From Alphaproteobacteria bacterium (GTDB lineage: Bacteria; Pseudomonadota; Alphaproteobacteria; CAAGCB01; CAG-977): a stretch of 64,000 nt of DNA. The notes below the pieces were generated by a model that worked only from the letters and a program-made list of their open reading frames with translations, was not told the DNA's origin and ran no database searches. Shown here one piece after another: positions 8,604 through 18,674 of the stretch. Positions within the stretch are counted from its first letter, which is position 1. Each line of letters opens with the position of its first letter. Position numbers and translations under genes: made by a program. The stretch lies in contig JAFZYY010000015.1 of the NCBI GenBank assembly GCA_017616015.1, positions 23,787 to 87,786 on the forward strand, read 5' to 3'.

Positions 8604-11600
8604 TTAAAATAAATCCGGAACAGGTTCTTCCTGTTGCTGTTGTCTTTCCTGCATCTGTCTTTGCATTTCTTCCTGTTGTTTCCTCAGCTGCTGTTGCTGT
8701 TGTTGCCGCTGCCGATCCTCATCGGTTTCAACCAAGACAGATCTCTTTGGCTGTTGCTGTCCTCCGTAAGTATTATAGTACATTTGTTGTTGCTGTTGCA
8801 TATTAGCCGGGCTGTTCGGATTATTCGGATCGCCCTGAGCGCCCGGATCCTCCGGTTGGTTCGGATAACCGCCGCCGCTTTCGCTTGAAGGAATATTAGG
8901 ATCTTCGTCAGGTACCAGAACGCCGCTGCCTTTATTTTTGACGCTATTGCCTTCTTCATCTTCAACTTCGCTACGCAGCCATAAGTCCTGTTTGGCGAAA
9001 ACTGTGATGCGCGTTCCGGCCGGAACGAATAAACGCGTTTGAATTTTAGACGTTTCTCCCATAATATCATCAAAAATCAGCTGCATTGTCTGACCAAACT
9101 TCGTACGCGCATCTTTTGCCGCCTCCTGCCGACCGGACAAAGCGATTTCGCCGGCCTCACCTACGGTAGGTTTATCGGGCGAAGCCATCATCCACAAAAG
9201 CGCAGAAGTAATGGTAGACTGCAATAATGGCAAACCGTATTTTTTAACCAGCTGTCTGTCCATATAAGCGCCAAGCCCGCCGCGGCCGGAAGCATCGCCA
9301 CTGACACTGTCGCCGAAACTGAAAGCCGCACCGTCCGGACGGATTAAACGCGTCCATTTAACCTCCACTTTTGTTGCGGAACCCGGTCCATCAGCAGCAG
9401 ATCCCGACATTTCACCAATCAGACGACTGCCTGCGGGAATAATGATTTTTCGGCCGACTTCCGAGTAAATATTACGTTCAACAATCGCAGAGACAGGAAC
9501 ATCCGACTGTCCCGTATCAATGGATCGCACAATAACCGCAGGAATGGCTTTATCCGCTAAAATCATGTTTTCCATTTTAACCCGATACGAGGAAATATTT
9601 TTGCCGATTCCTAAATCCGTCCAGTTTGAGGCTCTTTTCTGCTTGCGCAACAAATCTTCTTTTTCCGGAATAGCCCCCGATCCCATACCCGGACGTATCT
9701 GTCTGCGATAAGCCATTTGCATACTACGCAATTGTTTAATTTTAACGGGATCATAACGTTCTCCTTTGCCTGTTCCGCCGCCCAGTCCCAGGTTTTTCCC
9801 CTGATAAATATATTTGGAAGGATCGAAAGTACCGAAAACAGATATTTTACTGTCGTTGACCGTTCCCTCTTCTTCCGGATCTTTGACAATATAATCGTTG
9901 ATGGAACCGGTAACGTTTCCGTTCACATCAACAATTGTTCCGTCCGGCAAAACACGGCCGATCACATTACCGTTTTCATCAACAAAAGTGCCGTCAGGCA
10001 ACAATGTTCCTATACGCTTTCCGTCTTTTCCGAAAACAAACCGCCCGCCTTTGGGTTTAGTTGTGCCGGACGACGACGACATTGTCAATTTTCCGCCATG
10101 CCACGTTCCCAAAACATTGCCGTCAGCGTCAATAATTTCTCCGTTGGCATTAATACGGCCGACAACATTGCCGCTCAAATCCACAACCGTACCGTCAGCC
10201 GTGATAACGCCGACAATATTGCCGTTGGCGTCGCGCACAGCTTCGCCTTCAACAGCGCGGCCGATCACGTTTCCGTTCATATCGACAATCGTTCCGTCAG
10301 GCAACACCCGACCGATAATATTGCCGTCTTTGTCACGGACATAACCGTCGTCGCCGATTATACCCAAAAACTTGCCGTCGCGTCCGATAGCCATACGAAC
10401 ATTTTTATCGGCCTGAGCAGGAGCAAAACCTTTAACCTGCCCGATTTTATTGCCGTTCATGTCCACAACGGTTCCGTCAGGAAGCATTTTGCCGATAATA
10501 TTGCCTTTCAAATCGACGACTGTTCCGTCCGGCAGAACACGGCCGATCACATTGCCGTTTTCATCATAAACCAAACGTTCCTGTTCTCCGTCATCATCGG
10601 TTTTTGCCAACAGATTTCCTTTTGAGTCAACAACACCGCCTGTCAGCAAAGCCCGACCGATCACGTTGCCGTTCAAATCAACGACCGTTCCGTTCGGTTG
10701 CATTTTACCGATAATGTTACCGTTTTCATCACGCAGGAAACCATCGGCGTCGACAATTCCCAGGAATTTGCCGTCAGGACTGAAAACGGCGCCTTTGGGA
10801 TAGACTTTTCCGATGACATTTCCCTTTAAGTCAACAACCGTTCCGTCCGGCAAAACCTGACCGATAACATTGCCGTCTTTATCACGGATCAAACCGTCGG
10901 CGCCGACAATACCCAAAGGCTTTCCGTCTGGGCCGTAAACCGTTTTTCCGATCAAACCTTTCGGGAATAACGAACCGTCTTCGTTAATACTGATCAAAGA
11001 AATCGTGCACAGGTGAGCTCCGGCATTGCTCAATGCCTGGCCGGTAGCCAGCAAACGCCCCAAAACCTGTTTCTTTTCATCAATAATCGTACCGTCGAAA
11101 TGGACTGTTCCGACGACTTTATTCTTTATGTTTTTACATTCTTCCCCGACAGGAACGACACGTCCTAAAAATTTCTGATCATCGCTTAAAACGCGCATAG
11201 AGGCAGTAACATAGCCGACTTCCTGTCCCTGATCGTCTTGCACGCGTCCGCGGGGCAGAACAGTTCCTACGATTTTGCCGTCCAAAGAAATGACACGCTG
11301 TCCGGACGGCACCAAAACGCCGATAGTATTGCCGTCAAGCCCTTTTATCTCTTTGTTGTCCGTAATCGTTCCGACGGAACCGCCGCCTTCCGGATTAACG
11401 CCGTAAGATCCGCCCACAACATGAGCAATGATATTTCCTTGCGTATTCACCGCATATTTCATATCGGAAGCGACACCGATAACTTTTTTACGCTTATCCG
11501 TAACCGCGCCGCTTATTGTCAAACACCCCAACACATTGCCCTGACTGTCCAAAGCTTCGCCGTTAGCAACCACCCTTCCGATGATGTTTTTGCCCGGTCC

Positions 11601-14600
11601 TGACACCTGACCTTTAGGAACGATACGTCCCAATCGTTTGCCGTTCTGGTCTCTGACCAATCCTTCCAAATCGACGCAGCCTATTTCTTTTCCTTTGGAA
11701 TCGATCGCTTTTCCTTCGACTGTCATCTGCCCGACTATTCCGCACGAATCGTCTATAATGGATTCTCCGCTTAACGCCAGACCGATTTGAGTGTTTGAAG
11801 AATTAATTAATGAACGGTCGTAATTAAGCCGACCGATATTTTGTCCGGCTTTATCAATGATATGTCCTTGATCATTAATGACACCCAACACCTGACAGCG
11901 CGGACCGACGGGAATGGCGTTGACGATACCTTTTCCGATTACGATATTCTTGTCGTCAGTAATTGTATCGTCGGCCTGAAGATTGCCCAGCAATTTATTG
12001 GATCTCGTTTCTCTGAGCTGCCCTATCGAATTAAGTCTTCCGATAACTTCGTTTTTAAAGTTCAATCCCAAACCGTCTTTAACGGAATAGCCGATCACGC
12101 TACCGTCCAAAGAAACAACCGTACCGTCCGGCAACATTCTGCCGATCGCCCTGCCGTTAAAGTCCACAACCGTACCGTCAGGCAAAATACGGCCGATCAC
12201 TTTGCCGTTTTCATCAAAAACAAGCTGATCGTATTCTCCCGCCATACCGATGACTTTGCCGTTTCTATCCACGACACTGCCGTCCGGCTGAACTTTTCCG
12301 ATTACCTTTCCTTCCAAATCGACAACCGTTCCGTCCGGCAAAACACGACCGATCACTTTGCCGTTTTCGTCATAAACAAGGCGTTCCAGCTGACCGATAT
12401 CCGCTTTGCCGATTGCGTTGCCTTCCAAATCGACAACCGTTCCGTCCGGCAAAACCTTACCGATCACTTTGCCGTCAAAATCGACAACCGTTCCGTCCGG
12501 CATAACACGGCCGATCACTTTGCCGTTTTCGTCATAGACCAAGCGCTCTGCCTGCGCATTGCCCGCTCTGCCGATAATATTACCGTTCGCATCTACAACG
12601 GTTCCGTCCGGCTGCATTTTGCCGATTTCTTTACCGTTAAAATCTACAACCGTCCCGTCTTCCAAAACACGACCAATCGGATTGCCGTTTTCATCGTAAA
12701 CCAAACGTTCCGGCTGTCCCGCTTTTCCGATCACGTTGCCGTTTTCGTCAACGACGGTGCCGTCCGGCTGCACTTTACCGATAGGCTTCCCTTTCAAATC
12801 CACGACGGTGCCGTCCGGCAGAACACGCCCGATCACATTGCCGTTTTCATCATAAACCAAACGCTCCAGCTGTCCGACACCCGCTTTGCCGATAACAGTG
12901 CCGTTCGAATCCACAACGGTGCCGTCAGGCAACACTTTTCCGATCGGATTGCCGTTTAAATCCACGACCGTACCGTCAGGCATAACACGACCGATCACCT
13001 TGCCGTTTTCATCATAAACGAACAAACCTCTTTCCGCCGCGCGGCCGATCACTTTATTGCTTTCTTCAACGACAGAGCCGCCCGCTCTATAGCGCATAGG
13101 CTTTCCGCCCGGGCCTAAAACAGGATTGCCGTCTTTGTCAACAATACTGCCGTCTAAACCGACATAACCGATAATTTTTCCGTCGGGTCCCATAATAGGC
13201 TGTCCGACAGGAATGACTTCCCCTATAATGCGGCCGTCTTTGTCAACAACCTGCCCGTTCAGATCCGCTTTGCCGATCACGCGTCCCGTCGCGTCAACAA
13301 CGGAACCGTCAGGCATAACGACACCTAAAATTTCTCCGTTCGGACCGATCACCTGGCGCATACCGACAAAAATCTTACCGACAACGGTATCCTTCTTATC
13401 CACGATTTCGCCGCTGGGCATTCTCAGATTTCCCAGATAACGTGCAGTTAAATCTATTGCCGTGCCGTCAGGAAGCAGACGACCGATTATCCGATTCGTT
13501 TTTATATCCAGAACATCGGCTTTGCGGGGAATAATCCCCCCGGAAATTGTATCTTTCTCTTTAACAAAGCCGCTGAGCGTAACGGTTCCGATAAAATCCG
13601 TTCCTTTAATATTCAGCGCTTTGGCAATAGAATCGCCGCGAGCGTAAAGTTCCGTTTTATTATTAACGGCAATTCCTTCCGGTAAAGCCGCGCCCAAAAA
13701 CTTTTTACTGCCGTCGACAAACAGAGAATCAGGACGCAAGCACCCTATCTTTTTGCCGGAAGAGTCATATAAAGAGCCGTCTTTATTCGCAACGCCCAAA
13801 AATTCGTCTTTACTGCTGATTGCGCGCGAAGCGAAAGCCACGCGGCCGAGAAAGTCTCCCTTGCTATCAACGAGCGCATCGTTCATTTGAATGTAGGCTT
13901 TACGTTTAAAGTTTTTATCAACAACACGACCGTCAATTAAAATATTTCCGACGGGATTGCATGCCTCTTTTAACGCTAAACCTTTATACGGAGCCACACG
14001 GGCAATCGTTTGTCCGCTCAGATCGACGATGCTACTGTCCGGCATAACACGGCCGTGTGTTTCCCCTTTTGCATTCGAAATCGTGCCGTCCGGCATAACC
14101 CAACCGACCGTGCGTCCGTCACGATCCAAAACGCCGCCGTAAGGCATTTCCATACCTACAACTTCGTTTTTAGAATCAAACGCCAGACCGCTGGGGTCCA
14201 TACAGCCCAGTATATTTCCGTTTTTGTCCTGTACTTTCCCGGATACGTCCATAATACCGGCAAGGCGTCCCTGATGATTCAATACGACGGACGAATCCAT
14301 AATCCGTCCCAAAACTACCTTTTTATCATCTAAAATTTCGCCGTTTGCCGTCAAATCACCGACAAAATCGCCCTTTGTCGTAAAGACATGCCCTTCAACG
14401 TTTGCATATCCCAGAGTAACGCAACCCGGAGCAATTCCCACGTCCTGTTTTGCCAAAGCACCTTCTATATTTCCGGCTTTGGATAAAAACGTCTTATCCG
14501 GTAAAATACGTCCTTTTATCTGCCCGTCACCGACAACCGAACCGTCCGGCATCACATGACCGATGACTCCGCCTTGATTGCCGATAACTGTTCCTTTGGG

Positions 14601-16148
14601 CAAGACAGCGGCTACGATTTCTTCGTCATCATTAATAACCGTTCCGTATGGTGTCAGACACCCTAAAGGCTCGCCTTTAAACGATACCGGTTTACCGTCC
14701 GTGTCAACTTTACCGACGATTTTGCCTTTCCAGTCGATTAACGCGCCTTCTTCAACATAACCGGCAATAGGATTTCCACCGAGATCGACAACGATATTCG
14801 AAGCCGTCAAACGCCCGACCTGACGGTTACTTGACATCACGGAACCGTCCGTACTGACTCTTCCGACTAATTTGCAGCCGGATCCGATAGCCAAACCTTC
14901 TTTAATAGCGCGGCCGATAATATTGCCGTCTTTATCCACAACCAAACCGTTGGGCAAAACACGACCGATAACATTGCCGTCCGCATCAACCACAGAACCG
15001 TCCGGCATCACAATACCCAACGGCTTGCCTGAAGAGTCCACAACCGTTCCCTGGCGAGCTACGGTACCGATGATATTACCGTCCGCATCAACGATCGTAC
15101 CGTCCGGATTAACAAAGCCGATAACATTGCCGTTTTCATCAACAACTCTGCCGTCCGGCAAAATCCGGCCGATAACGTTGCCGTTTTTATCATAAGCCAA
15201 ACCTGTCGTAATGGCCGCGCCGATCACATTATTGTTAAGATCGACTATTGTGCCGTCCGGCAAAGCATAGCCGATCAAACGGCCGTCTTTATCAACCACG
15301 CGTCCGTCGGGCAAAATTGTTCCCAGGATTTCGCCGTTTGGTCCGATAGCCAGCCTTTGCCCTTCCACAACGCCGATCACATATCCCTGATCATCAACGA
15401 CCGTGCCGTCTTCGCGCAAAGTCCCTATTCTTTTGCCGTCCAATCCGTAAACGACGCCGTTTTCGTCGGCATAACCGATCGGTTTGCCGTCAGGGCCTAA
15501 AATAACGCGGCCTTTTTTACGCAACTGATCAATCATTGATCCGCCGCCGCCACCCGGCGCTTCATCGCAAACGCCGCACAGGCTGGTATCAATAGCCATT
15601 GCGGAAATCGGAACGAGGACTTTCCGACCTATGCCGCCGAAAGTCTCGTCAACCCAACGAATAGCCAGATTGGACTGCATCGTGCGGGCGGTTTTCGGTT
15701 CCCAGCGAACAACAACGTTGCAGGTTACGTCTCCGGACAAGACGACGTCTTTGCGGCATTTGTTTTCCAGAATGAAACCTTCTTCCTGCTTGTTTTCAAA
15801 TTCGACGGACGTAATACCGATTTTACCGGAAGAAGCCGATAACGTTAAAGTACCTTCCGCTTCGGTTCCCAAAACGACCTGATCGAACCGCATGCTTTCG
15901 GGAGAAACAACCAATCTGACCGTCGGCGGTAAATCAAACGTATCCGTTTCACCTTTGGCAATGCCCGTAACACCGTCAGCTGACCCGTTAAATGCAATTT
16001 CGGCGTCTTTCTTTTGTTCTTCTCCTCCGCTCAGCAGTATAATAACCCCCATCAGAAACGCCAGCAGGGCAATAATCCCAACGATCAACAGCGTTCTGTT
16101 GGATTTTTTTAGATATTTGTCTGATGAGCTAAGTAATTCTTCGTTCAT
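8604..16148 (-). CDS. virB10: Giant VirB10/TrbI-family T4SS core protein (~2,514 aa): N-terminal TM, Ig-like domain, long beta-hairpin repeat region, VirB10 domain, Gln-rich tail
   Basis: C-terminal VirB10 motifs IPAVIVRSIDT, IPAGSRLIG, VKWTRLIRPDG, DASGRGG and VPAGTRITVF. The ATG at 16148 overlaps the virB9 stop (ATGA). It sits between virB9 and virB11. Confidence 0.88.
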   Translation of the reverse strand: MNEELLSSSDKYLKKSNRTLLIVGIIALLAFLMGVIILLSGGEEQKKDAEIAFNGSADGVTGIAKGETDTFDLPPTVRLVVSPESMRFDQVVLGTEAEGTLTLSASSGKIGITSVEFENKQEEGFILENKCRKDVVLSGDVTCNVVVRWEPKTARTMQSNLAIRWVDETFGGIGRKVLVPISAMAIDTSLCGVCDEAPGGGGGSMIDQLRKKGRVILGPDGKPIGYADENGVVYGLDGKRIGTLREDGTVVDDQGYVIGVVEGQRLAIGPNGEILGTILPDGRVVDKDGRLIGYALPDGTIVDLNNNVIGAAITTGLAYDKNGNVIGRILPDGRVVDENGNVIGFVNPDGTIVDADGNIIGTVARQGTVVDSSGKPLGIVMPDGSVVDADGNVIGRVLPNGLVVDKDGNIIGRAIKEGLAIGSGCKLVGRVSTDGSVMSSNRQVGRLTASNIVVDLGGNPIAGYVEEGALIDWKGKIVGKVDTDGKPVSFKGEPLGCLTPYGTVINDDEEIVAAVLPKGTVIGNQGGVIGHVMPDGSVVGDGQIKGRILPDKTFLSKAGNIEGALAKQDVGIAPGCVTLGYANVEGHVFTTKGDFVGDLTANGEILDDKKVVLGRIMDSSVVLNHQGRLAGIMDVSGKVQDKNGNILGCMDPSGLAFDSKNEVVGMEMPYGGVLDRDGRTVGWVMPDGTISNAKGETHGRVMPDSSIVDLSGQTIARVAPYKGLALKEACNPVGNILIDGRVVDKNFKRKAYIQMNDALVDSKGDFLGRVAFASRAISSKDEFLGVANKDGSLYDSSGKKIGCLRPDSLFVDGSKKFLGAALPEGIAVNNKTELYARGDSIAKALNIKGTDFIGTVTLSGFVKEKDTISGGIIPRKADVLDIKTNRIIGRLLPDGTAIDLTARYLGNLRMPSGEIVDKKDTVVGKIFVGMRQVIGPNGEILGVVMPDGSVVDATGRVIGKADLNGQVVDKDGRIIGEVIPVGQPIMGPDGKIIGYVGLDGSIVDKDGNPVLGPGGKPMRYRAGGSVVEESNKVIGRAAERGLFVYDENGKVIGRVMPDGTVVDLNGNPIGKVLPDGTVVDSNGTVIGKAGVGQLERLVYDENGNVIGRVLPDGTVVDLKGKPIGKVQPDGTVVDENGNVIGKAGQPERLVYDENGNPIGRVLEDGTVVDFNGKEIGKMQPDGTVVDANGNIIGRAGNAQAERLVYDENGKVIGRVMPDGTVVDFDGKVIGKVLPDGTVVDLEGNAIGKADIGQLERLVYDENGKVIGRVLPDGTVVDLEGKVIGKVQPDGSVVDRNGKVIGMAGEYDQLVFDENGKVIGRILPDGTVVDFNGRAIGRMLPDGTVVSLDGSVIGYSVKDGLGLNFKNEVIGRLNSIGQLRETRSNKLLGNLQADDTITDDKNIVIGKGIVNAIPVGPRCQVLGVINDQGHIIDKAGQNIGRLNYDRSLINSSNTQIGLALSGESIIDDSCGIVGQMTVEGKAIDSKGKEIGCVDLEGLVRDQNGKRLGRIVPKGQVSGPGKNIIGRVVANGEALDSQGNVLGCLTISGAVTDKRKKVIGVASDMKYAVNTQGNIIAHVVGGSYGVNPEGGGSVGTITDNKEIKGLDGNTIGVLVPSGQRVISLDGKIVGTVLPRGRVQDDQGQEVGYVTASMRVLSDDQKFLGRVVPVGEECKNIKNKVVGTVHFDGTIIDEKKQVLGRLLATGQALSNAGAHLCTISLISINEDGSLFPKGLIGKTVYGPDGKPLGIVGADGLIRDKDGNVIGQVLPDGTVVDLKGNVIGKVYPKGAVFSPDGKFLGIVDADGFLRDENGNIIGKMQPNGTVVDLNGNVIGRALLTGGVVDSKGNLLAKTDDDGEQERLVYDENGNVIGRVLPDGTVVDLKGNIIGKMLPDGTVVDMNGNKIGQVKGFAPAQADKNVRMAIGRDGKFLGIIGDDGYVRDKDGNIIGRVLPDGTIVDMNGNVIGRAVEGEAVRDANGNIVGVITADGTVVDLSGNVVGRINANGEIIDADGNVLGTWHGGKLTMSSSSGTTKPKGGRFVFGKDGKRIGTLLPDGTFVDENGNVIGRVLPDGTIVDVNGNVTGSINDYIVKDPEEEGTVNDSKISVFGTFDPSKYIYQGKNLGLGGGTGKGERYDPVKIKQLRSMQMAYRRQIRPGMGSGAIPEKEDLLRKQKRASNWTDLGIGKNISSYRVKMENMILADKAIPAVIVRSIDTGQSDVPVSAIVERNIYSEVGRKIIIPAGSRLIGEMSGSAADGPGSATKVEVKWTRLIRPDGAAFSFGDSVSGDASGRGGLGAYMDRQLVKKYGLPLLQSTITSALLWMMASPDKPTVGEAGEIALSGRQEAAKDARTKFGQTMQLIFDDIMGETSKIQTRLFVPAGTRITVFAKQDLWLRSEVEDEEGNSVKNKGSGVLVPDEDPNIPSSESGGGYPNQPEDPGAQGDPNNPNSPANMQQQQQMYYNTYGGQQQPKRSVLVETDEDRQRQQQQQQLRKQQEEMQRQMQERQQQQEEPVPDLF
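12085..13030 (-). repeat. Six tandem 52-54-codon repeats inside virB10 (ERLVYDENGxVIGRVxPDGTVVD...), each built from three ~17-aa subrepeats; another copy at ~10430-10580
   Basis: Visible in both protein and DNA (recurring ccgttttc[a/g]tc[a/g]taaac and accgttccgtccggc). Degenerate versions extend from ~9900 to ~15500. Confidence 0.9.
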
Positions 16149-17659
16149 TGCGTCCGCACAACCATACACGTCACCCCACGGCGACCTAATTGATTACATA
16201 ATTTATCCCCTGCTTCGATACTATCGACAGGCCCGATGCGCAAACGGAACATATCTTTAGCTTCACCTTCAGCAACGGTATCTATCGAATAGTACGGCTC
16301 GAAATTCCCAAGCAAATCCTTGTTTTTCCGGGCAATACCGTCCCATTTTTTCTCTAATGCCGAAATATCGCTGTCCGTGCCGAGCTCTATTGCAAAACCG
16401 CCTTCCGAAGAATTGCGATAAGAGCGAATATAGCTTTGACTCCTCGGTTGTTGCATAGAAAACTGCATGATTTGATTAGCGCTTAAGGTTCCGTTTGCCC
16501 CCATAGGCATCATCGTCATGCCGTTGTTCGGCATATTCCCCTGTGCCGTAGCGGAAACATTCCCATTATAACCGCCCGTCGTAATCATCGGACCGGGAGA
16601 CCATTTCGGCTGAACGGAAGCTTCGTATTCTACAAACTCCGTTCCGAAAGCGGGATCTTTTCTGATTTTCAGACACAGCAAACGCTTGCCGTTGCGCAAC
16701 ACCAAATCACCGATGCCTTCAACAACCATCAGTCGTCCGTTCGGTCCCCGCGTTCTGAAACCGACAGGAACTTCCGAGCCCTGAGAAAGCAAATTGACAA
16801 TCGGACGTTCCATCATCGTCAGCGCCTTCGGTCCGAAATCAATATACGTAAATATTTCATCACGCCACACACGTTCGGGAGCGATTTCCATATCCGCAGG
16901 ATTAGGAACGAAAACATCAATGTCAAACCGAAGTTTTTCGGGATCCACTTCCATATCGACCAACCAATCTTCCGTCGGATTCTTGGTTGTTTTTTTACCC
17001 GAGCCGGCAGAGCCGCCTTTTCCGCTAAAACCGCCGCCGAAACCGCCGCCTGAGGAAACCGTGCCCGAAGACGCCGGCGTCAGTCCGGAATCGTCGGGAA
17101 CGAATTTTGCGTCATTAACAAGAATATCCACGACGGAGTTTGTGATTCTGTCCGTATTGAACGTTTCGCTTCTGAGATAGAAAACATATCTGTTTCCGGA
17201 ACGACCGAAAACAATCATATTGGTGTCCATGCCGACCAAATCAACGGAAGCCGCAAAGATCATCAATGCGTTTGAAGCCACTTTCTGCGCGCCGAAAGCG
17301 CTTTCGTTGCCGATAAAAACGTTTTCAATCAATTCCCATGACGGAAAATTAACCAACGTGTGCATGCCTTCACGGATACGCAACGGCAAAACCAAATCCG
17401 GCGTCCAGTAATATCTGGAATATCCCGGTTTGGATTGACCTTCGCCCAAATGCTCCATCGGCTTGTTCCAGGCTTTTTGCTGCATGCCTACAGACCAAAA
17501 CGGCATATCTATTTCCGAATATTGCCCGTTTGATTGTTCAATCGCCGCGTCCATGGATTCTCTGGCAGCCGTTTGTTGTTGCGCCGAAACGGATTGAGAC
17601 ATCAGGCAACAAAAAACGGAAACAACTGTAAAAAGGCGGATTTTCAAATATCTTTTCAC
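16145..17659 (-). CDS. virB9: VirB9/TrbG-family T4SS outer-membrane core protein with a C-terminal SPOR-like domain
   Basis: Signal peptide. VirB9-like segments DTNMIVFGRSGNRYVFYL, IAPERVWRDEIFTYIDF and LVLRNGKRLLC. The C-terminus FAIELG...FRLRIGPVDSIEAGDKLCNQLGRRGVTCMVV is typical of alphaproteobacterial SPOR domains. Confidence 0.85.
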   Translation of the reverse strand: MKRYLKIRLFTVVSVFCCLMSQSVSAQQQTAARESMDAAIEQSNGQYSEIDMPFWSVGMQQKAWNKPMEHLGEGQSKPGYSRYYWTPDLVLPLRIREGMHTLVNFPSWELIENVFIGNESAFGAQKVASNALMIFAASVDLVGMDTNMIVFGRSGNRYVFYLRSETFNTDRITNSVVDILVNDAKFVPDDSGLTPASSGTVSSGGGFGGGFSGKGGSAGSGKKTTKNPTEDWLVDMEVDPEKLRFDIDVFVPNPADMEIAPERVWRDEIFTYIDFGPKALTMMERPIVNLLSQGSEVPVGFRTRGPNGRLMVVEGIGDLVLRNGKRLLCLKIRKDPAFGTEFVEYEASVQPKWSPGPMITTGGYNGNVSATAQGNMPNNGMTMMPMGANGTLSANQIMQFSMQQPRSQSYIRSYRNSSEGGFAIELGTDSDISALEKKWDGIARKNKDLLGNFEPYYSIDTVAEGEAKDMFRLRIGPVDSIEAGDKLCNQLGRRGVTCMVVRTQ

Positions 17660-17671
17660 GGGACACCTTCT

Positions 17672-18457
17672 TTATTCATTAGCACTTTCTATCGCATACC
17701 TGTCAACGGCAAAACCGAGCGGATTTTTCAATCGATCGACATATTTAACCTCACGCTGATCCTGCGTAAAGTATTTTACCGACAAACGAATACGCCAACG
17801 GGAAACGACGGGTTCTTCAGCTTCCGGCAACATATCGCGCGTTATAATATAAACCAACCATGTATTTTGGTTTCGGACAACGGATTCAATACGAACTTCA
17901 CGCGTTAGACCTTCCAGTTTGATTCTGGACAGCCAGTCTTTAACCGTCTTATTAAACTGATTATAAACCTGGGGAGATGACATCCAGCGCAAAGGACCGT
18001 CCGTTCCCCAACGGTAAGACATTTCATCAATATCCGAAATCATTGTATTGCGCAACAGAACATATTGGCGGATCATCGCTTCGGAAATAATGTCTTCCGC
18101 CGCCATATCCTTTGCCAAAGGCTGTATTTTAACCACCTGTTCGTCACGGTTCTGGAATGTCAGCAAAAACGGTTCCGCGCGCTTTAACGGCATTAAATGC
18201 AAGATAGCCAGAAGTAAAACCAAATTAACGCAAAGCGCAACGGCAGACACGATTGCAAACGCGCGCGCGGTCCACAGATAACGGCGTTCTCTGAGAGCGT
18301 CTACGGAAACTTCTTCCCGGCTGGAAGAACTTTGCCGCGGTGCCGCGGGCTTTTTTACACTGCTTTCGACTGCCGCGGCATTGCTTTTTGCCGGAACGGC
18401 TTTATTTTCCGCGTTCTTAACCGTAAGCTGCTGTTTTGATCTGGTTGGCTTTGGCAT
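17672..18457 (-). CDS. virB8: VirB8-family T4SS inner-membrane protein (second copy)
   Basis: One TM followed by LMPLKRAEPFLL, YVLLRN, MSSPQVYNQF and the C-terminal NPLGFAVDRY signature. Confidence 0.88.
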   Translation of the reverse strand: MPKPTRSKQQLTVKNAENKAVPAKSNAAAVESSVKKPAAPRQSSSSREEVSVDALRERRYLWTARAFAIVSAVALCVNLVLLLAILHLMPLKRAEPFLLTFQNRDEQVVKIQPLAKDMAAEDIISEAMIRQYVLLRNTMISDIDEMSYRWGTDGPLRWMSSPQVYNQFNKTVKDWLSRIKLEGLTREVRIESVVRNQNTWLVYIITRDMLPEAEEPVVSRWRIRLSVKYFTQDQREVKYVDRLKNPLGFAVDRYAIESANE

Positions 18458-18473
18458 ACTTATATTCTTTCAC

Positions 18474-18659
18474 TTATCCGTTAACCGACAGCCAGTCCGG
18501 CAAATCCGACGGGAGTTTCAACAACATGCAAGCACACGGAGAACGCTTCAGTTCCGAAATATCCGGACCGATGCCGACCGGTTCTTTTTCATAAATGGAA
18601 CACGCGCCTAAAACAGCACAGAGTCCAATCATAAAAATCGCTTGTTTCACTCTTTTCAT
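18474..18659 (-). CDS. virB7: Small lipoprotein, putative VirB7
   Basis: Lipobox LGA-C and ELKRSPCAC motif, located between two virB8 genes. GAGGGAG RBS before MKRVKQ (18659); alternative TTG start at 18674. Confidence 0.65.
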   Translation of the reverse strand: MKRVKQAIFMIGLCAVLGACSIYEKEPVGIGPDISELKRSPCACMLLKLPSDLPDWLSVNG

Positions 18660-18674
18660 TTTTTTCTCCCTCAA

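Noticed and set aside
12085-13030. Regularly spaced direct repeats that could be taken for a CRISPR array
   Set aside because: They are in-frame coding repeats with codon-position variation; no unique spacers and no cas genes.
9717-15195. Long plus-strand ORFs (e.g. 9717-10625, 11841-12959) opposite virB10
   Set aside because: Antisense shadows of the repetitive coding strand; no RBS or recognisable domains.
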